Assembly (NCBI RefSeq): GCF_009834535.1
Contig: NC_045697.1
Coordinates: forward strand, 110,424,001-110,488,000
Source of the DNA: Camelus ferus
Taxonomy: Eukaryota
Length of the DNA: 64,000 nt
Reading direction: 5' to 3'
The notes beneath the pieces were generated by a model. The model was not told the origin of the DNA and ran no database searches. It saw nothing but the letters and a program-made list of their open reading frames with translations. Of the stretch, positions 40,311 to 53,765 are shown one piece after another. The first letter of the stretch is position 1, and each line of letters starts with the position of its first letter. The position numbers were made by a program, and so were the translations under genes.

Positions 40311-40982
40311 TGGACTATGTTTGTCTCTTTGGGTGCATATGAGAATTTATCTAGGGCAGTAATTCTCAATACTGAGACACTCAGTGTACTCATAACAAAT
40401 ATATTTTGTATCACCTCTATTACTATCTTGAAATGAAATTTGTAAGTAATTTAACTCATTTGCACACATTTAGAAAAATCAAATATATTTACTGTGATAT
40501 AAAGTAGAAATACAAGAAAACTAATGAATCAAATAACAGGTATTTCAATACATCAATGGCCACAGATACTTAGCAGTGCATTAGGAGACAAACTGAAGTC
40601 ATCTGCAAATGCAGACTCACAGAGGCTCGTGATATTGGAAACTCAAACCTCGAAAGTGATGTTGCTATTGGTGACGTGAAAAACTCTTGGTAAGTTTCTG
40701 AGCAAGATGAAATACAGTCTTCCCTTTACTAGAAGTTGCATCCCTGGGAAATTTATATATATTAAAATCTTACAAAAATATTTTGGTATTTATACCTAAA
40801 GCAAAGCTATGTTATAGTCTTGGATAAACGGGCTGCTCATCTGCGTGAGTGTTCTAGTAGAACCTCTGATGTCATGGAGGACCTTGGACAGTTCTGTTTT
40901 GAATGGAATGAGCCTTCAAGGTGCAGGACAAATGGGATACCTCGCTCCCACCTACTACCTGACAGTAAACTCTCCATCATTC

Positions 40983-41158
40983 TTTTTTTTTTTTTTAATT
41001 TTTAAAATTTTCTTTTCTTTTCCTTTCTTGGGGAAGATTAATTAGGTTTACTTATTTATTTACTATTTATTTTTATTTTTTTGAGGAGGTCCTGGGGATG
41101 GAACCCAGGACACTGTTCATGCTAAGCATGCACTCTACCACTTAAGCTATACCCTCCC
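40983..41158 (-). mobile_element. Vic-1 type SINE
   Basis: SINE head in reverse; flanks atcattctt repeated. Confidence 0.85.
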
Positions 41159-42683
41159 TTATATCATTCTTATGAACAAAAATGCCCCCCTGGTGTGGCC
41201 CCAGTCCTGTTGAGTCCTATTGGGACATATCTGGCACCAAATTACTGGGTCTTAAGAGATAAGCATCTTCAACTTTATGTAATATATGCTTGTTCTCCAA
41301 AGTAACTTCTAATTACACCAAGTTCTCTGAAGTGTTTAGACCAAATTACACTCCTACCAGCAGGATATGAAATTTACCATTTCTCCATGCAGTTTTTACC
41401 TCTAAAGTTGAACTTTTCCTAGGTTACAGCTTTGTTGACCTCAACAAAGTTAGTTAGCTGCTAAAAAACATAACTTACCTGTGCTCTAACTCTCTGTATG
41501 CTTCCAACCAAAGTAGGGTGTCTCCTCCCTTTCTCAGTAAGCCCAGAGCAGCGTACCTGCTAACCTGGATGCAGGGAAGAGTCTTCTGCCATTTTGCTCA
41601 CCGTACCTCTGGCAAGAAGTCCGTTACTGATCCTTGCTCCTCTCCACTAAACCTGAGGATAAATATTCCCATCTCCTATCAGCCCTTTCCTCAAATTCCA
41701 AGGGGGTCTGGTAGGAGTCCCCTGTGTATTTAGAATTTGCACTAAAAAAAGAAATCTTGAAACCAGACTCTCAGGTTTCATTGAGCAAATGCAGAATGAA
41801 GTTAATGGAGCCAAGTCCACTATGATGGAGTGATAATGACCTGACCTTTACACCTCTGACTACAACTATAAAACCATCTACTGCTGTAATGGCAAAATGC
41901 TCCACACTCAGTGACTCACAATAATAGGCATTTATTCTCAAGCACATGGTCAACTGCAGCTAGACTGACGTAGGCTTAGCTGGGCTGGGCAGTTCTGTTC
42001 CAAGTTGTGGGTTGGTTGGGCTGTGACATGGGTTCAAGTCTGCTCCACATTTTTCATTCTGGGGCTCCAGGGAAGAGGCCACCAAGGCTTGCTTGTCCCC
42101 AGCAGATCACTAGAACACAAGAGTCTGAGTCCAACACTCAAGCATATTTGGAGGTGCTGTTGGTATCACACCTCTGATTTCCCAGTGGCCAAAGCATGTG
42201 ACATGGCCAAGCTCAAAGACCAGAAAACATACTTCATTCCAAGAGAGGTGGAGGGGGCTGAGTATTTGCTGAACAATAACCTGATCCAACCCAAAGCAGC
42301 AACCCTTTTTGTAATCAAATAGTCTGTGATTAATAGAACTTTTTTGGGTTTTATGGCCAAAACACAGCAAATATGTCAAAGTTAATATCAAGAATTAACA
42401 GAATAACAACTAGAACTGAACACACATGCTCTTTCTGTCATACCAAGTGCACACACTCTGCCCACAGAGCCATTGTCTCCTTGCTCCTCCTTCATGACAG
42501 AAGACAGAGCTATTTGGTTTGGAGCATGGCCTCAAGTGTTTCTCCAGGGGCAAAAAATGGGGGAAGAAACCTCAGTTCTCCCTGCATCTTCCGCCTCTGC
42601 CAGATCAATCAGAATCAGCGCTCTCCATTGAATTTAAGAAACTTTTCTTGTTTCTCTCCCTTAAATGAATCAACTTCATAAGT

Positions 42684-42895
42684 TAAAAAGATGTTTGCCA
42701 CTATATATAAAAATAGATTTTAAAAAACCAAATTTCTTCTGTATAGCACAGAGAACTATGCTCAATATCTTATAATAACCTTTAATGAAAAAGAATATGA
42801 AAATGAATATATGTATGCATATGCATGACTGGGACATTGCTGTACACCAGAAACTGACACATTGTAACTGACTGTACTTCAATTAAAAAAAAAAG
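42684..42895 (+). mobile_element. Short L1 3' end with poly(A)
   Basis: tgctgtacaccagaaactgacacattgtaactgactgtacttcaattaaaaaaaaaa. Confidence 0.8.
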
Positions 42896-43792
42896 TCCAT
42901 ATCTTCATGTAAATACTATATAGTAATGAAAAGGCATAGTATATACTTTATGTAGCTGAACAACTTACAGTGATATTCAGTAACATGCGTGAATCTCACA
43001 AACACAATGTTAAATAAAGTAAGTCAGGAACAAAAGTTGATGTACTCTAATTCTGTTTATATAAACTTCAAAAGGAAGACAAAAATAAACTAGTGTTTTG
43101 AGATGCACGCTTCGGTGGAAGACTACAAAGAAAAGCAAGGAAATGGTTTTCATAAATGTCAAGATAGCGATTACCTGTATTGAGGATGGTGGTGATTGGC
43201 AGAAGCAGGAGGAAACCTTCTCAGGTAAAATTGGAGGTGACTACGTAGGTGTTGTTTTGTGATAAATCATCAAACTGCACGTTTGTTCCTTGAACTTTTC
43301 TCTATAAGTATTATATTTCTCTATAAAAGGTTGAAATGTCTAATAATCTCAAGATATTTGGTCCCATCAACTTAATCTTTACACACCATAAAATTTGATA
43401 AGATATTTTAGCTCTAGTTTCAACTCTTAGTTAATGCAGCCCACAAATGTTCAATGCCTTCTCTGTATTTCTGTTTGTTACTTTTGTGGGTCTTTCTTCT
43501 AATTGTTGTCTGTCCACTTTGCAATAAGTAGATTTCCTTCCTACCATTTTATTTGTGATTAAGGTTAGACTTAAACGTTATGTCACAACAAAAGGTCATT
43601 AATCTCTGTCCATGCCTAAAAATGGTGCCCTAGCTCCTCTCAGACTTCTTTTAGATACTACTTGGTACTCACGTCATCCTAAGACTGGGTAAAGGATGCA
43701 CTGATGAAAATCCTTAGGTCCTACTAGAAAAACAACTTCAACATTTGTCGACCCACTAATGTTTGGTTTTTATGTATATAGAGACACTTCGT

Positions 43793-43998
43793 TTGTTGGT
43801 TGGTTTTGGTTTTGGTTTTGATTTGTTTGGTTTTTTGGAGGAGGTAATTAGGTTTATTATTATTATTGTTATTGTTATTATTATTATTATTTTATTATTA
43901 TTATTATTATTTTATTTATTTAGTGGAGGTACTGGGGATCAAACCCATGACCTTGTGCATGCTAAGCATGTGCTCCACCATTGACCTGTACCCTCCCC
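43793..43998 (-). mobile_element. Vic-1 type SINE with (TTA)n expansion
   Basis: SINE head in reverse; flanks agacactt.gt repeated. Confidence 0.85.
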
Positions 43999-44194
43999 AA
44001 CAAAGACACTTTGTAATGAAGGAATCTCAGTTAAACAAGAAACAGATCAGTGTATATGTCAACATATAACTAGATAGAGGTGAGAAGGGCATGATAAGTG
44101 AGCAGAGGTCTGTGGAAACCCCTTCCCTCTTTTCTGGGCCCCCAGATTTGTAAGCCTAATGTTTTTTGTCACTTCTTTTGCATTATATTTCTAA

Positions 44195-44246
44195 GTCTCC
44201 TGTTCTAAAACCATTTTTCTTCCTTTATCCCCCCAAAAAGTTTAAG
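44195..44246 (+). pseudogene. AtuA-like pseudoexon: (V)SPVLKPFFFLYPPKKFK
   Basis: Polypyrimidine tract, donor AAG|gtaaga. The only AG (44194-44195) is one base off the phase required by the upstream GT|gtaagt donor. Confidence 0.85.
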
Positions 44247-44354
44247 GTAAGAGAGACTCATTAATCTGCTTTGATAGCATCTTAATTATACTTTCAAGCA
44301 TGCGTGGTATGGATGGTTTAGAGAGAGGTTAGTCTTGATAAGTCTCCCGAACTA

Positions 44355-44490
44355 CTCTTGACCCTTGAAAAACCAGAGTTTGAACTGCACAGATCCACTT
44401 ACATGCAGATTCTATAGTAAATACTACTGTACTGAACAATCCATGGCTGGTTGAATGCATGGATGCAGAACCAGCAGATATAGATGGAAA
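44355..44490 (+). mobile_element. Tigger2/MER8-like TcMar MITE fragment
   Basis: ttgacccttgaa....agtttgaactgcacagatccacttacatgcagatt. Confidence 0.6.
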
Positions 44491-45519
44491 GTGCATGAGG
44501 GTCTGAGAGACTAGGGCACAATCGAGGAAGCACAAGTAATTGAGTGTGTAAGATTCGGGTCAGAAGAATCGGGAAAGGAGTCGGGAGGGCTGAACAGGGG
44601 CCTTGGGGTCAAGCTATGCAGGCAGTGGGAGTTACTGAAGGATATGAAGGATGTACAGACCATGATGCCCCTTGATGGCAGCAGGAAGGAGGATATTTTG
44701 GAGGGGAAGGAGATGGTTAGCGATCATGAGAAGGGATGAGAAGGAGAGAAGGAATAAAGTGAGGCTGTTAGATTCAAGAGATATTTATGACATAGTTTAG
44801 ATGGAGCTTGTTGACTGGATATGAGGGGTGAGAGAATAGTGGTAGGAAGTCGGCAAAGAAAAGCAGGGCTGGAGAGGGGTATGGGGGAGACTCCCAGGCT
44901 GTGTTCTGGGGGCTCGGAAGGACGGAGACCATGAATTAGAAGCTCCGGTGCACAAGGCTGAACGACTTACCTCGTGTGACTTTAGGAGCACAGAGGACTG
45001 GATTGATCCACATGTGGGTAAGTACTGCAGAAGGACAAAGGAGCAAGAGGAGCAAGAAGTTGGAGGTACTGTTTAAAGAGCCAGGTTGGAGTTGTTGAAC
45101 CAGAGCGAGGTGGGAAAGGAAGCAAAAGCAGAAGGTCTAATGTGTGCAGTAAAGAATAGGGCCTGAGACACAATTCACATGGATACGCGGGTATAATTGG
45201 AGTGGTGAGGAGAATAGGAGCTTGTGGGAAGAAAGCTGAACCGGATGGTTTAAGATTTTACAGGTGGAAGGGATGAGTTGCTGATCTCTGTGTTGAGATG
45301 CAGGTCATGGGAGCTGAAGAAGCCAAGGTGCTAGGTATCGGAAGGGTCGTTCATGTGAGCCTTAAAGAGGGAGACTTTGGATGGAGAGGAAAATCATAAG
45401 CCATGTTCCCAAATCTCTGATGCACACAAGAGCACTAAGAAGGGCTGGAGGATAGTACACGTGAGAGGCCCAAGTTTCAAAGAAGGATTTTCACAGGAGA
45501 TCGGAGGAATATCGAGTGG

Positions 45520-45745
45520 GCGCATGCCAGCAGTATTTAGCGTGTACTGTGTGCCGGGTTCTGTTCCAAGTACTTTACATGAGCTAAACTTATTCAATTC
45601 TCACCTATGGCGTAAGTCCTATTATTACCCCCCCATTTTACAAAGGAGGAAACTGAGGCTCTGAGATATTTAATGATTTGCTCAAGGTACCTAGTCATAG
45701 TCCCAGTCCAGGTAATTAGGCTCCAAAGTGCACACCCTGGCCCAT
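45520..45745 (-). mobile_element. MIR SINE relic
   Basis: cccattttacaaaggaggaaactgaggctctgaga core. Confidence 0.75.
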
Positions 45746-47199
45746 GTCCCTGTCCTGCTGGTTCTGCCGGACGGACCCGGCCAGTCCCTGTGGTTACGCG
45801 GAAGATTTGAGAACAAACAGCCTCCACTTCAGAGTGCGGGGAGGAGGTAGTGTCTGGGGCGGGGAGCCATTCAAAAGAGGCGGAACAGGACTGGTCCTTG
45901 ATAGCATCAACTCCTTTATGTTTTCTAGAATCTATTTCATTTAGTACTTAAACGTAATAGTGTGCCTTTGAACTGTGTGTTAATATGTAAACTGCCTCGG
46001 GCCTTTCTAGAAGTGGGTGCGGTAGACTTTTAAACTAGATGGTTACATTAATTATTAACTACAAGTGCTCAATTACATAAAGGAATTAATTTGCATCTTT
46101 CTGAGAACTTATACACATTCTGACTAGAGTGGCAGAAAAGACACTAAAACATGCAATCTTGAAAAAAAAAGTAGTTCTCTTTTTTTCTCTGGCATCAGTA
46201 AGCTTTATTGCAGGCCAGTTTATTTGGGGTTCATGACTACCTGTTGGGAGAAATTCTCCTTTTTTCATTTTTTCTTTTTGTTACCTACCAGATCCTAACT
46301 ATCTTAAAAATCAAGAGCCCAAGGATGTAAGAAGGCATTATAATCCAAGAAAGAAGCGTATTTTGCTTGGCTCATATTAAGTTTCATTTATTTTCTTAGA
46401 ATTAAGGCCTAAAAAGTCTTTGCATAAAATACTAATGCTATAAAGTACTGAGAAACCAACTTCCTCATCTTACGAAGCTACTTTTTTTCATGAAAATTGT
46501 GGCTCTAAGAAGTGTAGACATGAGGAAAATATGGATTTATACAAAAGGAAATTTACAGCATAATTATAAACTGGACCACGGACTCGTAATTGGAAGTCTG
46601 CATCTCATAATTACATTTAGAAACTCTGGTTCATACAAAATAGGTTCTTTCAAATGTGATTCAGATTTTATTTGGAAATTCAGCTACTGAAATGAAGCTT
46701 ACGGCAAAAAGTTTATACTCATCATGAATGTGGTTATGGGTGGTTTAATCCAAATTCAGAGTGGATCCGTCCGATGAGAGTCTCCAGCAGGCCATTTGAA
46801 AAATTAAATGATTTGTTTTTTTCATCTCAAAGATTCAGAGGGGGTGTTTTGAAAAGATGCTGCTAACTCTTCAAGGTAGCTGTTCTTAGTGCAGCTAAAA
46901 TAGCTGGAAGGTTGGTAGCCCGAAGAGTCCTACACAAGGGTAGAGAAGAGAAACTGGAGAATTGTCAGTCCTTTCCTTCTACTACAGTCTGACTCTTTGG
47001 AAAACAAAATATTTTGTGAAGTCAGAGAGTAAAGCAGAAGCAAACGCAGTGAAATTCAACACAAACCAGCTTATCTGATGCTGTTTTCCGTGTGCAGTCT
47101 GCGAGGCTCTGCGTTCCCTGCTAAACTATGTCTATGTGGTAGAGGTGGTGAGAGAGGCAGGTAGACAGAAGTGTAAGTTACAGTCTTTCCTCTCAGATT

Positions 47200-49100
47200 G
47201 CTAGTAATATACTTGAACTTCATGTTTATTGTTTTCTTGCTTGTGCATATAGTTTTGCCACTTATGTACATATTTCTAAACAATCTATTGTTTACTTTTG
47301 TGTAATTTTGAACTTCACGTGGACTCGAGCTGTTTGTTTTCTTCTGTAACTTGTTTTTCTCCCTCAAATTTGTCTTCTGAGGTTTATCAGTGTTGAGGCA
47401 AGTAGCGATTATTCATTCATTTTTCATAACTCTAGAACATTCTATTTTACGGATATGCTATAGTTTATAAACTTACTTTTGTTGTAGAAGAACACTGCAA
47501 CTCTTACAGGTTTTCGTTTACTTGTTTGTCCACTTTGCTCTTAACGAACAAAGCTGCTTGGAACAGCACTGCATATCTCCCGGTACTAGTGAACAGAAGT
47601 TTCTCTAGGTATTTACCTTGAAGTCAACGTCTTGAGTCATTGGATATGTGCAGCTTTATTGGCTAGTGCCAACTTGTTTTCCATGGTATTAATTTACACT
47701 CACCCTGCAATATATGAGTGAAAGTTTGCCCAACACTTGGCATTATCCAACTTTTAATTATTGCCAGTGTGATTGATGCAAAGTAGTATTTCATGTCGTT
47801 TTAATGTGCATTTCCCATATGTTTATACCCAGTCCTGTTGCCCTCCTGGGAAATAACCATTTGCATCATTCACCCATTTTTTTCTCTTGGGTTGTCTGTC
47901 TTTTTCTTACAGATCTGAGTTCTTTGAGTTCTTTTTTGACTTCCATAGAGCCTGGAAACTAATCCTTTGCTAGGTATATACATCACATATAATTTCTTCC
48001 CAGGTTATGACTTTATGGGATTTATTGATGAACAGAATTATTCATTTTAATGTAGTTCATTTCATCAAAGTTTTTCTTTATGATTTGCTCTAGGTGTCTT
48101 TTTAACAAAACTCTTACTTATTTTGAGGTCATTTATTCCCCTATATTTCCTTCTAAAATTTTTAAAGTTTTGCCTTTCGTATTTATGTTCTTAGTCCAAC
48201 TTGAATTTTTTTCATGCATTCTAATAAAATTTTTTAATTATCTCTGAAGTTTTCATTATTATTTTCTAAATTCTGTTTGTTCCTTTTTACTCATGAGATG
48301 TGTAGTTTTAAATTTCTTAATGTACTTTTTTATGTATTATTTTGTTATTGGTTTCCAACCTTATTTTGTTATGGTAAAATAATGACACAATAGATATTGA
48401 ATTTTTTGAAATTTGTTGAGATTTGTCTTATGCCTTAGTATGTGTTTCGTTTCCTAGATATTTCTTGTATGCTTAAAAATAATACATATTTCCCTAATTG
48501 GTAGGTGCAAAATTGTATGTATGTATATATATAGTATTTATTATATACACATACATACATATATACACATGTAGCCATTAATTCAGGCTTGCTGATGCAT
48601 TGTCTTGGTCTTCTATGTTCTGACTTTTTTTTTTTTTTTTTTTTTGCTATTTGACCTATTGTATTGTGTTGTATTAAGACTGTATTACAATCTTATACCA
48701 CAGCGGTAGATTTTTCAGTTTCTCATAGTAGTTATTTCAGTTTTTTCTTTATAGATTTTGAAGTTATGTTATGAAATACATACAAGTTTCAAACTTACGA
48801 ATTTAACATTTTTCATTATGTAGAAATGATTTTTCTTTCTTTTTTTTTTAAAAAAAATCCTTTTCTGTATCTATTAATGCTTTTCTTTTGCTAAGTATAT
48901 TTTGTCAAAATTAATATATCTACATTATCTAACTTTTATTAGTATATATTTAGTAAAATTTTTAAATGCTTTTGCTTTTATGTCATTAAGCTTTAAATGG
49001 GATTATTGTAAACAACTGAATTTGTATGTTTGTTTGATTCCAAGTGGTAACATTTGTCTTTTAATTGCAGTAGTCAGTTTACACATATTGTGTTTGCCAA
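47200..49100 (-). mobile_element. Highly degraded old L1 (approximate limits)
   Basis: T-rich degenerate L1 ORF2/3' segments (caacacttggcattatc, aatcctttg, tttgttgagatttg). Confidence 0.55.
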
Positions 49101-49231
49101 TATAGTCTGATGTATTTCCATCATATTTTGGCTATTTGTTGCACCCTTTCTGGGTTTTGGTTGTTTTTTTTTTTTTTGTCTTTTCTTTTTTTGTATTCTT
49201 TTGGGTTAACTGAATGTTTAATTGACATTAC

Positions 49232-50030
49232 TGAATGCTGGTGAGGACGTAGAACAACAGGAACTCTCATTTATTGCTGGTGAGAATGCACAAAGGTACA
49301 CCTACTTTGGAAGATAGTTTGGCAGTTTGTTACAAAACCAAACATACTATTACCATACGATCCAACAATCATGTTCCTTGATAGTTACACAAATGAATTG
49401 AAAGCATATGTCCACACAAAATCCTGCACACAGTTGTTTATGGCAGCTTTATTCATAACTGCCAAGACCTGGAAGCAACCAAGATATCCATCAATAGGTG
49501 AACAGATAAATAAACTGTGGTATATCAGACAATGGAATATTATTACCAGTCAAGCCATGAAAAGACATGGAGGAATCTTAAATGCATATTACCAAATGAA
49601 ATGAGCCAATCTGTAAAAGCTGCATACTGTATAATTACAACTATATGCCATTTTGGAGAAGTTGAAACTATAAGGACAGTAAAAAGATCACTGGTTGCCA
49701 GGGTTAGGGAGAAGGGAAGAATGAATAGGTGAAACACCGGATTTTTAGGGCAGTAAAAATACTCTGTATGATACTATAATGATATATACATGTCATAAGA
49801 CATATGTCCAAACTCATAGAATGTATGAGACCAAGAGAGAACCCTAATGTAAACTACTGGGTGATGATGTTCATCCTTGGTAATAATGATACAAGTCTGG
49901 TGGATGATGCTGATAGTGGGGAAGGCTGTGTATGTGGGAGGGTAAAGGGTAAATGGAACCTCCCTGTATGTGTTACTCAATTTTGCTGTGAACCTAAAAC
50001 TCTCCTAAAAAATGAAGGCTTAAAAAATGA
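49232..50030 (+). mobile_element. Old L1M(C)-like 3' fragment
   Basis: ORF2 C-terminal peptide LFMAALFITAKTWKQPRYPS; 3' end caattttgctgtgaacctaaaact. Confidence 0.8.
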
Positions 50031-52335
50031 GTCTATATTTGTTTGAGTGATAATTTTACTAGGAATATTTGTAGGCTGAATGTTGTAGCACTTGATTATT
50101 CCACTATAGCTCCTGAAAAATCAGCTGTCAGTTTGGCAGTCCTTGAGTGATAAGGCATCTTCTCTTTCCTGGCTTCTCTTTGTCTTTGGTCTTCTCCAGT
50201 TTCACCCTGTTGTGTAGCTATCCATTCCTTCTTACCTTGTTTGGGATTCATTTGGTTCTTGTATCAGAGAACTTGTTTTTTCAATCATTCTGAAAACTTG
50301 TAAGCCACTATCTCTTAAAACAGTTTCTTCCCCCTTTCTATTTTCTCCTTAAACTCCAAATGGAAGTATGTGAGACTTCTGCTCTTCTCAAAAACAAGCT
50401 TCTTAGAATTACTCCATCTTTGTCAAAGGCCATAGAAAATACACCCTGTGTAGGAGTTTCTGGATTTGCCTTTATAATCCACTAAGTGATGGATTATAAC
50501 CGTCACCTTCCTGAATTGCCCTCTGTTGTGAAAAGCAAATTGCTTAGAGTTTGAGAAAGTACAATAACAGAATATAATCTTTTTCATTAATGAATTCATT
50601 GGCAGGATTCTTGGCAGCTTGACTTTTGGCAATATGGCTGCCAAGTTTTCAGTTATCTGTAATATCACAGAAACTAGATCATCATCAAGATGATCCAATC
50701 TCATTGACCACAGAAAATGATGGAAATGTTCCATGATGGAAAAGGAGTGCATGGCATCACCAGCCAATGTCATCTGCAGATTTTTTTATGCAGTTATTAG
50801 AAATTTGGGCCATAACAAATTGACATGAGTCAATGTATGGCATGAGTATAAAGCTAATTTTTTAAAGGGATTTACAACTTACTTTAATCATTTGCTTTAA
50901 AGAAGCCTCCTCTTCACCTGTTAATGAAAAGATCGAGGCTCTTAATCTTCTCATCAGCCACTGTGAAATCAAAAACAATAGGGCAATGGATTATAAACTA
51001 ATTCATAGGTATCAAAGATGGAGATCTGGCAACACTTGAAAGATAGTTTATCAGAGTAAATAGTCAATGCCTCTGCTTCTGCATATTTCTTAACATTTGG
51101 AAGAAGCATATCCTGAATGAGAATCCGTAGGTAAGTACCTGGTGATAGCACTCAGTATGGCTGCATCCATTTTTGCCTGATCACCTTGTAAAATAAGTGA
51201 AACCTATTATTTCAGGAGAGCTCAGTTTTGCCCAGAGCTTGCAATGGTGAGAAGCATGAACAAGTCGTGAATTGTCTGTACATTAAAATGACAGCGGCAC
51301 AGTTAATTAGTTACTTTCACCTTGGTAACCTTAAGGAAGGAGAACTAAGCAGTAATTTTAAGCAGGCTAGACAGGATGGGATGAGAGTGAAGATGCCATC
51401 TGTGTTGCCATCTGTGTAGATGGAGCGTCTTGGTATTTATTGCCTGCCTACTCTGTGCAGCTTGGTTCCAGTTCTCACAGCACTTGCACTGGTCATGAAA
51501 AAGGTCAAGAGTAACTGCTTTGCAAATCAAGTAAATAAAACTCTTACGTTTGGCACAACAGTTACTGAGTGTTTCTATATTGCAGGCACTGGCTGTCTAA
51601 GCATTAGGACACAAAGAAAAAGGAGATATGGTTCCACCCACATATAACCATATAAACGAATGCAGTCAGTTCAAAAAAAACATGCTATTCTAGGTTCCCT
51701 GCCACCATGTGAGTTGACTGTGCATTGGTGTATGAGCCAGGCTCAACACACCTGATAAAAAAATGAAGCAGATGTTGTTTTTGACACAAAAAGCTCCATC
51801 GTGAGGCCCTGGCACCTGAGAACAGGTATGCCTCAGATCTGATTCAATTGTTGGAGGACGGCGTAAGGAAGCTGGAAATGCTTTTCCAGGGAGCTGTGCT
51901 GGTGACGCAGCCACCAGTCATCAATTCTCAAGAAACAAAGAGTCTTTGATTCCAGTGTCAGTCGCAGGTCCACACTTGTTGGTGCTCTTCAACTTAGTTT
52001 GCCCCAGACTAGCAGCTAGAGTTCATTGTCACTCTCTCTTCATCAACAGCAAGCAGAGGAAGGTACTCCTGAGAGAGGAATGCTTGCCAGAGCAGAAGAA
52101 AAGAGAAGTTGGAAGCAGGTTATGTTTTTTGTTTGTTTGGTTTTGTTTTTTTGCACTAAATAGAGTGGCAAAGCAGTATGCTCCAGGTAGTTCCATAAAA
52201 TCTTCAAAAATAGAACTTCTAATGTGAGGGTAAAGAATTGACCAATTTGTCTTCCAGCTAAGCTAGAAGAGAAGTACTTGCTCATAAAATCTCACCCCCC
52301 TCACCATTTCCTGGCTTAAAAGTAATATTTTTCAG

Positions 52336-52446
52336 GTTAATATCTATATTAATGGAGAACATGTTGAAACCTTTCAGGAAGATCTCACCTTTAGCCTGGA
52401 CACATTGGCTCCACCAAACTTACCCACAATAGCTGATGACTCGAAA
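52336..52446 (+). pseudogene. AtuA-like pseudoexon (interdomain linker): VNIYINGEHVETFQEDLTFSLDTLAPPNLPTIADDSK
   Basis: Acceptor tttttcag, donor AAA|gtatgt; 111 nt open frame, phase 0 start. The V.I.I.G..VE.F pattern follows the SPVLKPF exon. Confidence 0.75.
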
Positions 52447-52622
52447 GTATGTTCATTTTCTCTATCTGGTATTTTCTGCCAAAGCAGTTATTCTCTCCAT
52501 TTTTCATTATCTATTCTGTCTCCCAGTGTGTTTTTGTGTGTCTATGAAGATGATATGACAAGTATGTAGCACACCATGGCAGGAAGTACTAGTGTGGTTT
52601 ACCTGAGGTCAGGGCGTGGTAA

Positions 52623-52720
52623 TGTCTCCCCAAAGGGGGAATGAAAAGACTCCAGTTCTTGTCATACTCGAAAGAAAAGAATTCTGATTGGAGACAAAGG
52701 TCTGTAGTGAAAGAATGTTG
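52623..52720 (-). mobile_element. Truncated fragment of the LTR family seen at 2974 and 63322
   Basis: ccccaaagg...ccagttcttgtcatac.c.aaaga.aagaattc.gat.ggagacaaag matches 63322-63400. Confidence 0.7.
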
Positions 52721-52724
52721 TGAC

Positions 52725-53140
52725 GTAGCTCCAAGAATTCCTTTAGGGTGAAGGTTTTCTTTAAGCAGGCATCATTTCCTCTGGGATGTCTTCATCCTTT
52801 TAATCACAATCACTTCTTCACTGATGTTGATAAGTTTGCCTTTACCAATTTTCTCTGGCTGCACATCTGGTCTTTCAAGTACTGACAGTGTCAGCATTCC
52901 TCCTGTCAGCTCTTTCTTCTATAATTCCTTTACAACTGATCCGAATTTTACTTGCCCTGGTATCATACGTCCTTTCTTTGCTACACTTTCATCTTTCTTG
53001 GCCAGTTCTCTCTCTCGGTGATCTATTTTTATAAAATGCCCTGTGGATTTGTCACTGAGAGACAGGGAGGCAACACAACTGCACACTTTGGGTGTGTGCA
53101 TGAACTGAATGATAATCTTGCAATTACATCCAGTTGATAT
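52725..53140 (-). mobile_element. MER82-like TcMar-Tigger relic
   Basis: Minus strand reads gaactggccaagaaagatgaaagtgtagcaaagaaa...aaaggatgaagacatcccagaggaa; family by recognition. Confidence 0.6.
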
Positions 53141-53144
53141 ATCT

Positions 53145-53689
53145 TGGTAACTGAAATTGGAACCATGCTGTCAGGGGACTGGTGAGTAAAAGTAGATTTA
53201 TTGAGAAAGATGTACACTATATACACCAAGTGTAGGCCATCTCCAAAGGCCAGAGAGGCCATGAGGTCTGTGTGTGTGTGGGGGGGGAGGTGTTAAATTA
53301 AAAGTAGATACATAGAGTGCGGACCGTCTCAGAAGGCAAGAAAGAGAGAGTGACCATGAGGTGAGGGGTTGTTGATTTTTATATCTAACAAGTGGGAGGA
53401 TTACTCCAATTACTTTGGAAAAGAAGTGGGGATTCCCAGGAATTGGACCACTGCCCTCTCTTCAACCTTTCATGGTTAGCCTCTGAACTGTCATGGCGCC
53501 CGTGGGTATGTCATTAACCATGCGAGTACATTATAATGTGTTTAATGAAAATCAAAGTCCACTGGAGGTTGACTCTCCTGGCATCTTGGGCCTCAAGGTC
53601 TATTGGGAGTTGACTTCTCTGCCATCTTGGTGCTCATTGCTGTGTCATTCCTTTAGTGACTGTGCCCTGCCCCCTTCCTTCCTGTCTCA
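53145..53689 (-). mobile_element. Solo ERV LTR
   Basis: TG...TCTCA ends, about 545 bp, AATAAA on minus near 53197. Confidence 0.7.
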
Positions 53690-53765
53690 GTATTATAATG
53701 CACTTCTATGAATTGGTCTTTTGCTAAGAGCACCCTTTAGGGAAACATCTTTTCTCTAATGTTCT

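Noticed and set aside
50423..50773. 116-aa minus-strand ORF in non-repetitive-looking sequence
   Set aside because: No recognisable domain or splice context; may be an old repeat or non-coding element.
53036..53090. MPCG...TAHFG as the missing DLP.G...ANIG exon
   Set aside because: Lies inside a MER82-like transposon relic, has no AG acceptor, and lacks RSGDKG.
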